Shown piece by piece: positions 28,456-35,606 of a stretch of DNA of 36,456 nucleotides; positions within the stretch are counted from its first letter, which is position 1, and the number at the start of each line of letters is the position of its first letter. This DNA is from a virus. Its lineage: Duplodnaviria; Caudoviricetes. The DNA lies in IMG/VR virus record IMGVR_UViG_3300020403_000036, positions 1 to 36,456 of that record; one strand, given 5' to 3'. A model generated the notes under the pieces. That model was given only the letters and a program-made list of their open reading frames with translations, was not told the DNA's origin and ran no database searches. A program made the position numbers and the translations under genes.

Positions 28456-28496
28456 AGTATACTACTACTACTATATTACTACTATATACTATTATT
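28456..28496. repeat. Degenerate (TAC/TAT)n low-complexity tract
   Basis: TACTACTACTACTATATTACTACTATATACTATTATT seen directly. Confidence 0.7.
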
Positions 28497-28521
28497 TTTA
28501 AATCTCTATAATAGGAGGTAA

Positions 28522-29440
28522 AATCAACATATTAACATAAAAGACTAATAATCAATCAGTTACGAAAAAAATGTTTACATAAACTCAGCAGTCTGATGTT
28601 GATAATCAACATTCTGGCTAGTAATTAATATGTAATCCTATAAAGAATAGGTATAAGTTTAGTTCTCTGTAGTCGTATTTATTGTCTCTTGGAAAGTATG
28701 ACCATCCGATTAGCGGTCCGTGCTTAACTCTGTTAGATATGCTTAGTGTGATGTCTGTATTCATTCGGCTAATGTAATCAATACCTCTGAACAAATTGTG
28801 TTAGATATATGGAACTTGAGGGTTATACATACATATTACGTGTCGTGCCTCAAAACTAAAATCGCTTTTTTTCTCGGTGGGGGGTACATCTTTGAGCCAT
28901 GACATGCAGATTTTTTGACGTTTTTAACTGCCTGACTATCAGATAGTTACATTCTTGTTGCAATAGCTTTCACATCGCACACCCTCTGTAAATACCTGAG
29001 TATCAACGACTTACAGCTATCCCTGTTGTATCTTTTTAGATACAGAGAGAGAAAGCATAACACCCTCACTATCAACAAGTTACACTTATATTTTAGGGGT
29101 GAATACAATATATCATAACTACTTGATTATCAATAAGTTACAAACACAATTTTATTGTGTAATCGAAGGAAACAATACCAAAACAAAACCATCAAATTAT
29201 CATATTCTCAATAAATACCCCAAAAACACCTATTTTATTGCGAAATTCTCATGAGAATAATGCAACGAAATCGACATTTTATTAAATTATTCACAACAAA
29301 AACATTGTTTTGCTAAGATGTTCATAAAAATGCTATGATTTTAAGATTATTTTAGTGTTTTGTGCCAAGCCCATAACTACCTGAAAGCCAGCCACTTACA
29401 GCCATATCAGAAACGTAACTTGCTCATTATCAGCATTTTA
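28522..29440. repeat. Dispersed array of WATCARnnnnTTR (IHF-consensus) sites, several as inverted pairs
   Basis: Exact plus-strand matches at 28522-28534, 28550-28562, 28937-28949, 29001-29013, 29070-29082, 29128-29140 and 29428-29440; minus-strand match at 29116-29128. Confidence 0.75.
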
Positions 29441-29459
29441 TAGTCTAAATATATATATA

Positions 29460-29486
29460 TACGTTTGTGTCATCGTTCTTTGACAT
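29460..29486 (+). promoter_or_regulatory. Early promoter -7 element (TACGTTTG) followed by boxA-like GTTCTTTGACAT
   Basis: TAnnTTTG at 29460-29467 after a (TA)n tract; 29475-29486 resembles the rrn antitermination boxA (E. coli GCTCTTTAACA). Confidence 0.6.
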
Positions 29487-30035
29487 ATCAGCACACACAT
29501 ACAGCTCCCGACCTCGTGGAGTGTAACGCGTGTAGGAGATTTCCTACTTGTAAGAATTTTCTTACAGGTTCGAGAGTGCCTGCAAACCTGAGAGAGTAGC
29601 GTGTATAGGTGTAGCCGAGTTTGAATTGCCGAAGTACAAACGGAGTACAAAGTAGCAACGGAAGTTATCCCCGTCTTTACGGGTTAAAACGATAGCATTC
29701 TATCAAGTTATTCAACGAGCAAAACGTACGAAGTAAGGCAACCCCTTCTCATTCGGGGGTAATAGATGAGGAACTGCAAAGCCGAAAGGCTTAAAGCAAG
29801 ATAGATAGCCAACCATGGGCAACAGATTGAGGCATCGTGTAAAGTGCAACGACAAGTTTGAAAACTTGCGTGAAGTGGGATAAAAGCCACCGAATATCAA
29901 CTGCTTATTTTACGAAGTAAGTCATGGGAAAAACAAGTACAAGAACGCCATGCGTTACGAGAGAGCGTACCTGAGAAAGCGTGAAAGGTGAAAACCGAAT
30001 AACCCTATCAGAGTGAAATCTGGTAGGGTAACTAC
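29475..30035 (+). ncRNA. Candidate large structured non-coding RNA or 5' leader (~560 nt)
   Basis: No credible ORF; more GC-rich than its flanks; about 12 short hairpins with A-rich linkers, including GAAA and UACG tetraloops and G-U pairs that favour the plus strand. Confidence 0.65.
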
Positions 30036-30073
30036 ATTTTTAACACTATTATTAATCTTTAAATTCAATTATT

Positions 30074-30484
30074 ATGAAAACTCAAAATGTAACTAAATCC
30101 GTAAGTAATGCAACAAAGAAGGCAAGAGCAAAGAAAATCAGCAAAGCCATCGAATTGCAACGTAAATTGAAATCAGCACACGAGAAAGAAATCCGTGGGC
30201 TTAATTCACTTGTGAACTACGTCACAGCCAAAGGTAAATTTTCAGAATTTACAGAAGGCAAAAAAGCAATGGAGAACTTCATTGCATACGTCAATGACCG
30301 AGATAACGTACAGATAAAAATCAGCGATATATCAGTCAAAAACGTAGTGGCTAATTTGACCGAGAGAGAACTCAACAAGAAAGACGGAACGAAGAAAACT
30401 ATCTTCTCAACGTACCACACAAAACTTGCTGTTTCTCGTATGGGCAAAGCGTTAAGAAAGCAGAGAATTTCAGCCAAAGCTTAA
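30074..30484 (+). CDS. Basic early protein, 136 aa
   Basis: First ORF of the right arm with an A/T-rich leader; Lys-rich; its stop codon lies within hammerhead stem I. Confidence 0.8.
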   Translation: MKTQNVTKSVSNATKKARAKKISKAIELQRKLKSAHEKEIRGLNSLVNYVTAKGKFSEFTEGKKAMENFIAYVNDRDNVQIKISDISVKNVVANLTERELNKKDGTKKTIFSTYHTKLAVSRMGKALRKQRISAKA

Positions 30485-30534
30485 CTGATGAGACTTCAAT
30501 AGTCGAAACACCATGTTCGCATGGTGTATTAAGC
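30479..30534 (+). ncRNA. Type I hammerhead ribozyme
   Basis: Stem I GCUUAA/UUAAGC; core CUGAUGA (30485-30491); stem II GACU-UCAAU-AGUC; GAAA; stem III CACCAUG-UUCG-CAUGGUG; cleavage triplet GUA (30526-30528). Confidence 0.93.
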
Positions 30535-30556
30535 AATTTTTTTAATTACATAAATC

Positions 30557-30778
30557 ATGAAGCGTACACGAATAAAGTACAAAGTAAATGCTGGAGAATT
30601 AGGACAATTCTTGAAGCAGAAACACGAGAACACGAAGAAAAAGTGGGGAGAACTCGTGCGACATACCCTTATTGAAAGGGGGCTTGAGGTTACAAGCGAC
30701 AACTTCAAAAAGGTAAGTGCCGAACTCAACAAGGCACAAAGGTTTAAGATATTAGAACGTAAACTGGGTATGATATGA
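30557..30778 (+). CDS. Hypothetical protein, 73 aa
   Basis: Packed plus-strand ORF starting 29 nt after the predicted cleavage site. Confidence 0.7.
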   Translation: MKRTRIKYKVNAGELGQFLKQKHENTKKKWGELVRHTLIERGLEVTSDNFKKVSAELNKAQRFKILERKLGMI

Positions 30779-31050
30779 ATGTAGTGATATATTTTAACGA
30801 CATACATGGGAAACACAACCCATATACAAATGCGTTTATTTTAAACGAAGGAAAGATATCTGCGTCTATACAAGAGCCTAAATGTTATGTGACATTTTCA
30901 GAGTGGATTGAAGAACAACTCATACCACACGAGAGAATGAATGACGACGAGGTGCAAGACCAGTATGATAATGTGTATGAAGATTACTACAATGTGCATT
31001 ATACCTTATCAATAAGAGATTATTTAAAATACCTTAAAAATCATATATAA
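30775..31050 (+). CDS. Hypothetical protein, 91 aa
   Basis: ATGA overlap with the upstream ORF. Confidence 0.7.
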   Translation: MNVVIYFNDIHGKHNPYTNAFILNEGKISASIQEPKCYVTFSEWIEEQLIPHERMNDDEVQDQYDNVYEDYYNVHYTLSIRDYLKYLKNHI

Positions 31051-31051
31051 T

Positions 31052-31243
31052 ATGAGTAGATGTAAATGTGGAAACGATATACCCCAAGGCAGAGTAGCTT
31101 TGGGGTTTTTTAATTGTGTCAGTTGTTCATCAACTGAAATGTATAGCTATGTGCCGATTATATACCATAAGACAGGCAACACAATACAAATTGTAGACCA
31201 AGCTACAAGCAGAGCTGTACATAAGTCTTGGAGGAGAAAGTAA
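31052..31243 (+). CDS. Small Zn-finger protein (DksA/TraR-like C4 spacing), 63 aa
   Basis: CKCG..IP.GR......CVSCS motif. Confidence 0.6.
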   Translation: MSRCKCGNDIPQGRVALGFFNCVSCSSTEMYSYVPIIYHKTGNTIQIVDQATSRAVHKSWRRK

Positions 31244-31256
31244 AACTTAAATTAAA

Positions 31257-31475
31257 ATGAGAATAATAATTCAAAATCAAAACGGAAAATATGTGGGCGA
31301 GTTGAAGATTGAACACGACCAATACTCGTCATTGAACTACATAGACTTGAATGAAATGAGTGGATTAACCTTGATAGGAAAAAAGCCGTTCGATATAATT
31401 TTTCAAGAAAATACAGATTTAGTGTACGAAATAGAAGATGAACCAATAATCCTTAAATTAAATAGATATGAGTAG
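31257..31475 (+). CDS. Hypothetical protein, 72 aa
   Basis: Packed plus-strand ORF. Confidence 0.65.
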   Translation: MRIIIQNQNGKYVGELKIEHDQYSSLNYIDLNEMSGLTLIGKKPFDIIFQENTDLVYEIEDEPIILKLNRYE

Positions 31476-31632
31476 AGATGAATTAGTAAACAAAGTGACA
31501 GACAAGTGGACAGATAATATATACAGCGATATCGTTGATGTATTGGAAGCATATACACTTGAATTCCAAATGGAAGATGAAGCAAGCATTGTTGATGATG
31601 TGATTGCTAAGATGATTGAAATGTATAAATAA
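31468..31632 (+). CDS. Small acidic protein, 54 aa (below cutoff)
   Basis: Manual translation MSRDELVNKVTDKWTDNIYSDIVDVLEAYTLEFQMEDEASIVDDVIAKMIEMYK; fills the gap. Confidence 0.65.
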   Translation: MSRDELVNKVTDKWTDNIYSDIVDVLEAYTLEFQMEDEASIVDDVIAKMIEMYK

Positions 31633-31638
31633 ATAAAC

Positions 31639-31869
31639 ATGACTATATACGAGATAAAAGAAAGGACTGCAGAGACAAGTCCACATTACTTTAGTAGAGA
31701 TACTTTGAAATTCTTTGGGCAAACCATGAAGAGTTTTAGAGTAAGCAAACTAAACGAACACGAGTATCTTATTTCAGCACCAAGTTATTGGGGTGGAAAG
31801 CTAATGGGATATAGTGAGCGTATATTTGATAGTAGAGATAACACTTTAAATAGCACAACAAATGAATAG
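31639..31869 (+). CDS. Phage early protein (HYFSRDTLKFFG motif), 76 aa
   Basis: Packed ORF; the motif is familiar from phage early regions. Confidence 0.7.
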   Translation: MTIYEIKERTAETSPHYFSRDTLKFFGQTMKSFRVSKLNEHEYLISAPSYWGGKLMGYSERIFDSRDNTLNSTTNE

Positions 31870-32056
31870 AGATAAACATATATGGGAAGGTTGGACTGTT
31901 GGAGATTTCATTGATGAGATAGAGATATTGTTCAACATGCATGAAGGTTTTGAGTCCAAAGAACAATTAAAGAATTGGGTTAAAGACATGCAACCTTATT
32001 ACAAGAAACACATACCTGAGGTATATAGATACTTTTTAAATAGAACAACATTATGA
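31862..32056 (+). CDS. Hypothetical protein, 64 aa
   Basis: Overlap-coupled ORF (HIWEGWTV..F, QPYYKKHIPEV). Confidence 0.7.
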   Translation: MNRDKHIWEGWTVGDFIDEIEILFNMHEGFESKEQLKNWVKDMQPYYKKHIPEVYRYFLNRTTL

Positions 32057-32331
32057 GAGATTATTCAAACGGAAACACATTCAAGTACAGACTCACTGAA
32101 TACAAGTACAATGAGTGGGTTACTTGGGACGGAAGGGAAGCCAGTGGTTTCTCTTGCGAAGACAAGGGTTTATTATTTGGGTTGGACGAGGTACGCATCA
32201 CTGCTCGGACTGAAAAGGAAATGTTTCAGAAGATAGATGACTACATCGACAACAGATTACACAAGTTACAAATGCAAGACCTGAGTAGGAGAGCAGCGAG
32301 TGAATTTTATGAAGCTAAATTTATTAAGTAA
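32053..32331 (+). CDS. Hypothetical protein, 92 aa
   Basis: ATGA overlap with the upstream ORF. Confidence 0.7.
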   Translation: MRDYSNGNTFKYRLTEYKYNEWVTWDGREASGFSCEDKGLLFGLDEVRITARTEKEMFQKIDDYIDNRLHKLQMQDLSRRAASEFYEAKFIK

Positions 32332-32511
32332 ATGAAAAAATATAACTGCAAGAAGTATAGCGTATTACTCGACATAGTTGACGATGGATTCAATTATTTT
32401 GAATATAGAATGGAAGAACTTAATACAGATGACTCCTACTATGTGAAATCCTTTATGGATTATATAGAGCATTTAGAATGTAGAATAGATAGATTAACTA
32501 AACTATTATAA
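32332..32511 (+). CDS. Hypothetical protein, 59 aa (below cutoff)
   Basis: Manual translation MKKYNCKKYSVLLDIVDDGFNYFEY...RLTKLL; abuts the previous stop. Confidence 0.65.
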   Translation: MKKYNCKKYSVLLDIVDDGFNYFEYRMEELNTDDSYYVKSFMDYIEHLECRIDRLTKLL

Positions 32512-32514
32512 AAA

Positions 32515-32811
32515 ATGTATAGAATAGTAAACACAAAAACAGGAGAAACATGGGCAGATTTCTACGTTTTATCAGATGCAGAAGATGCCTATGACTACGA
32601 GGAACTTGCACCTGAGGATTACAGCATTATATATGTTGTGCCTTGCAGAGGGTGTGGAGAAGATGCTGATGAAAGGTATGACTGGTACGGAATCAGTACA
32701 GGATACTGGTGCGAGGAGTGTTATCATGGAAGTGAATACCCATATCGAAGGGATAGATATGCAACAATAGAGTATGATGGATATGGAGAGAGATTAGATA
32801 ATGACTTTTAA
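32515..32811 (+). CDS. Acidic protein with CxxC...CxxC Zn finger, 98 aa
   Basis: CRGC and CEEC pairs; Tyr/Asp/Glu-rich. Confidence 0.7.
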   Translation: MYRIVNTKTGETWADFYVLSDAEDAYDYEELAPEDYSIIYVVPCRGCGEDADERYDWYGISTGYWCEECYHGSEYPYRRDRYATIEYDGYGERLDNDF

Positions 32812-32823
32812 ATTAAGAATGTA

Positions 32824-33009
32824 ATGGAGAATAGTATATGTATAAGATGGTCAGTTGATGACATCAGATACCTCGGGTACGAGTGTACAGACGAGGAAGG
32901 AATGGCTGTATTAGAAGCCATGAAGGGAGACCATGATGCAAATTATGGTATAAGTTGGGAGACACTGGACAACTGGTGTCATAGTTTCAACTTAAAGTTT
33001 ATAGGATAA
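32824..33009 (+). CDS. Hypothetical protein (WSVDD...HDA..GISW motif), 61 aa
   Basis: Packed ORF. Confidence 0.7.
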   Translation: MENSICIRWSVDDIRYLGYECTDEEGMAVLEAMKGDHDANYGISWETLDNWCHSFNLKFIG

Positions 33010-33020
33010 TGTGCATTTAA

Positions 33021-33052
33021 TTTGCATATTATGTTTATTATTTGTAAATTTG
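33021..33052 (+). promoter_or_regulatory. Full Bacteroidota sigma70 promoter (-33 TTTG, -7 TAAATTTG)
   Basis: TTTG at 33021-33024 and TAAATTTG at 33045-33052, 20-nt spacer, upstream of the ATG at 33075. Confidence 0.75.
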
Positions 33053-33074
33053 TAAAACTAAATTAAATTAAATC

Positions 33075-34328
33075 ATGGAGACGATTGAAGAAAAATTAGT
33101 TACTACATACCCAAACGACGAAAAGTACTATGTACATAATTGTGTTTGGGCTGACCATTGCGATGCCTATATTCCAAAGGCAGAGGCATATCAATGTGAT
33201 GTTAGTGGAAGTTGGTATCATGAAAATGATGTTGACGAGTACATGATATACTGCTACGACATAGAAGCCCATGTTGAGAACGACTATGCTTGGTATTGTG
33301 AAGTTTCTCAGGAGTGGTATTATAACACAGGAGACAGGGGTCAACTCTACGATGGTGGATATATATATGAGGGAGACACAGGAGATTATGTTTACATAGA
33401 TTATGGTCAAGCAGATGGATACTATTTGCATCGTGACGAGAGTGCATGGTGCTACGACATAGAAGATTATGTACATGAAGATGACGCACATTGGTGTGAA
33501 GATGATGGCGAGTACTACTATGATGAAGATAAAATGCCAAGTAAAGAAGATGATGAGCATATCTGTACATATCACGAATCACCTGCAGTAAGGCACATTT
33601 TGATGTCAGAGTCCTATAAAATGAGAATAGGTTTCGAGATAGAGAAGACGTACTTTAAAGCATTTGACGGAGGTTATGCAGAAAACAAAGGGAACTATGT
33701 AGGTTCTCATGAATTGTTCAAGGGTTACGAGACAGACAGCTCGTGTGGAGTTGAGGCTATCACAAACATACTTCCACTGGATAGTCCAAGAAGTTTGAGT
33801 AGGAATGAAGTGTTTGAATACTTTGACGAGGCAGAATGCATTATCAATTCGCCAGTGAGCAGACGTTGTGGTGGGCATATCTGTATATCTGTACATGGAA
33901 TGAGTGGGTATGACATACTCAACAAAGTCAGAGGTAACATGGCTATACTCTACTCAATGTACAGGTACAGACTAAGCAAGGAGCATTGCAATGAAAACAA
34001 AAAGCTTGTGCGTGAACACAATACAAAGTATTCTCCAGTCAATGTCAAAGACTTTGGAATTGAGATACGAATACCAAGTGCTGTGAAGAATGTAAGACAG
34101 CTAAAGTTACGCTATGATTTGATTTACAAAATCATGTATCACAGCATGCGAACAAGGCAATCATACGACAAACTACTTGAGAAGATTGACTACATACTTA
34201 TGCGTATGTACAAAAACAGGGAGAGAGTTGACAACGTAAAGCGTTTGTCTTATGACTTCAGGAAGTACCTACTTAATGACGAAACCCCATACAGCATACA
34301 GGAATTTTTAGAACGAGAAGAAGATTAA
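33075..34328 (+). CDS. Putative amidoligase (COOH-NH2 ligase, glutamine synthetase-like fold) with an acidic Cys/aromatic repeat N-terminus, 417 aa
   Basis: RIGFEIEK, ETDSSCGVE, RCGGHICIS, KY..VN and IEIR motifs in the order expected for the putative amidoligase family. Confidence 0.75.
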   Translation: METIEEKLVTTYPNDEKYYVHNCVWADHCDAYIPKAEAYQCDVSGSWYHENDVDEYMIYCYDIEAHVENDYAWYCEVSQEWYYNTGDRGQLYDGGYIYEGDTGDYVYIDYGQADGYYLHRDESAWCYDIEDYVHEDDAHWCEDDGEYYYDEDKMPSKEDDEHICTYHESPAVRHILMSESYKMRIGFEIEKTYFKAFDGGYAENKGNYVGSHELFKGYETDSSCGVEAITNILPLDSPRSLSRNEVFEYFDEAECIINSPVSRRCGGHICISVHGMSGYDILNKVRGNMAILYSMYRYRLSKEHCNENKKLVREHNTKYSPVNVKDFGIEIRIPSAVKNVRQLKLRYDLIYKIMYHSMRTRQSYDKLLEKIDYILMRMYKNRERVDNVKRLSYDFRKYLLNDETPYSIQEFLEREED

Positions 34329-34331
34329 ATT

Positions 34332-35390
34332 ATGTGTATAATTATTGTAAAACAAGACGACGACAAAGTAATCAAGAGAGATACCTTGATTGCTTCATCA
34401 GCTAAAAACCCTCATGGATTGGGTGTTCTTTGGCTGGACAAGTGGAACATTGAATACTTTGACAGCACAGAATACGAGGTGCTACTTACAAAGCGACCAT
34501 TCATTGCCCACTTCAGATATGCAACGGTTGGTAAGGTGTCGAGAGAAAACTGCCACCCGTTCAACATCAACAAGAATGAAGTGCTGTTTCAGAACGGAAC
34601 TATCTACAATCTTGGGGATGCAGACACAACAGACACAGAAGCTATGGCTCGGATACTCAAGAACATACCCAAGAAACATTGGAGAGATGTGCTTGAGATG
34701 AATGACTGCAGGTTTGTAACAGCAGACCTGAAGAACAAAACATTCGAGTTGTACAACGAGCAGGATTGGGTACAGCGTAATGGAATATATTACAGCAAGA
34801 AGAATGTGCTTGACCTTGTGCCTGTTGCAGTGTATGGTACACTAAGGAAAGACTATTCAAACTACTCAAGATACCTTCGCACTTCAGCTTATGTAGGCAA
34901 GGGTTACACCAAAGACAGGTATCCACTTGTCATAACTGGACTACCCTATCTGCTAAACAAGAAGGGTGTAGGTTTCAATGTAGAAGTTGATGTGTTTCTG
35001 GTTGACCAGTACACACTATCTCAACTTGATATTCTTGAGGGACACCCTAATTGGTACAAGCGAGAGAAGATTAAGATTGAAATGGAGAACGAAAGCTTCA
35101 TCAATGCATGGATATACTTCAATGACACTGAAGACACTGGAATATACCACGAGAGATACAATCAGAACATACTACCAAGCTACGACAGATTCAATACTTG
35201 GGACGCATGGGATGATGATGACTTTGATGATGACTTCGGAACAGCTACATACGAGCCGAAGGTTACAGAAGAAAGGTGTTCTTGCGGGGACACACTTCAC
35301 TTTGACCCATACTATCAAGACGCTCAGTATTGTATGAGTTGTGAGGACTATATATATAATGATGATAATAAAATTTTAGAACATGAATAA
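34332..35390 (+). CDS. Class II glutamine amidotransferase fused to a gamma-glutamylcyclotransferase (AIG2-like) domain, 352 aa
   Basis: N-terminal nucleophile MC, NPHG.G, AHFRYAT, NCHPF, QNG, TDTE; then VAVYGTLRK and LDILEGHPNWYKR; C-terminal CSCG...CMSC. Confidence 0.85.
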   Translation: MCIIIVKQDDDKVIKRDTLIASSAKNPHGLGVLWLDKWNIEYFDSTEYEVLLTKRPFIAHFRYATVGKVSRENCHPFNINKNEVLFQNGTIYNLGDADTTDTEAMARILKNIPKKHWRDVLEMNDCRFVTADLKNKTFELYNEQDWVQRNGIYYSKKNVLDLVPVAVYGTLRKDYSNYSRYLRTSAYVGKGYTKDRYPLVITGLPYLLNKKGVGFNVEVDVFLVDQYTLSQLDILEGHPNWYKREKIKIEMENESFINAWIYFNDTEDTGIYHERYNQNILPSYDRFNTWDAWDDDDFDDDFGTATYEPKVTEERCSCGDTLHFDPYYQDAQYCMSCEDYIYNDDNKILEHE

Positions 35391-35472
35391 TTTTGAAGAC
35401 CTTTTCTACAAACTGGTAGGAGTTTGTGGATTGATATTTATACTGGGTGCTATCATAGCTTTACTGAGATGA
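35383..35472 (+). CDS. Single-TM micropeptide, 29 aa (below cutoff)
   Basis: MNNFEDLFYKLVGVCGLIFILGAIIALLR; overlap-coupled at both ends. Confidence 0.55.
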   Translation: MNNFEDLFYKLVGVCGLIFILGAIIALLR

Positions 35473-35606
35473 CAACACATAAAGTCCTATCGACAGGAGT
35501 ACACTGCATCCTTGACAGCAATGGAAGGGTGCATGTGTACACTGAAAATGAATACTATCATCAAGAGTGGTGGTTAAAAATTAAATATAAATATAAATTA
35601 ATATGA
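35469..35606 (+). CDS. Hypothetical protein, 45 aa
   Basis: In-frame ATG within track ORF 35424..35606, ATGA-coupled at both ends. Confidence 0.6.
   Translation: MTTHKVLSTGVHCILDSNGRVHVYTENEYYHQEWWLKIKYKYKLI

Noticed and set aside
28522-29440. Possible CRISPR array or iteron set
   Set aside because: Repeats are short, degenerate and irregularly spaced, with no constant repeat-spacer period and no cas genes.
29438-29900. Three minus-strand ORFs of 60-70 aa in the non-coding region
   Set aside because: Non-ATG starts, atypical composition and two overlapping each other; better explained as by-products of the GC-richer structured RNA.
29475-30035. Group I or II intron, tRNA, tmRNA or RNase P identity for the structured RNA
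   Set aside because: No interrupted gene, no domain V or P7-type catalytic motif, no cloverleaf with T-loop and CCA, and no RNase P P4 consensus recognised by eye; left unassigned pending cmscan.
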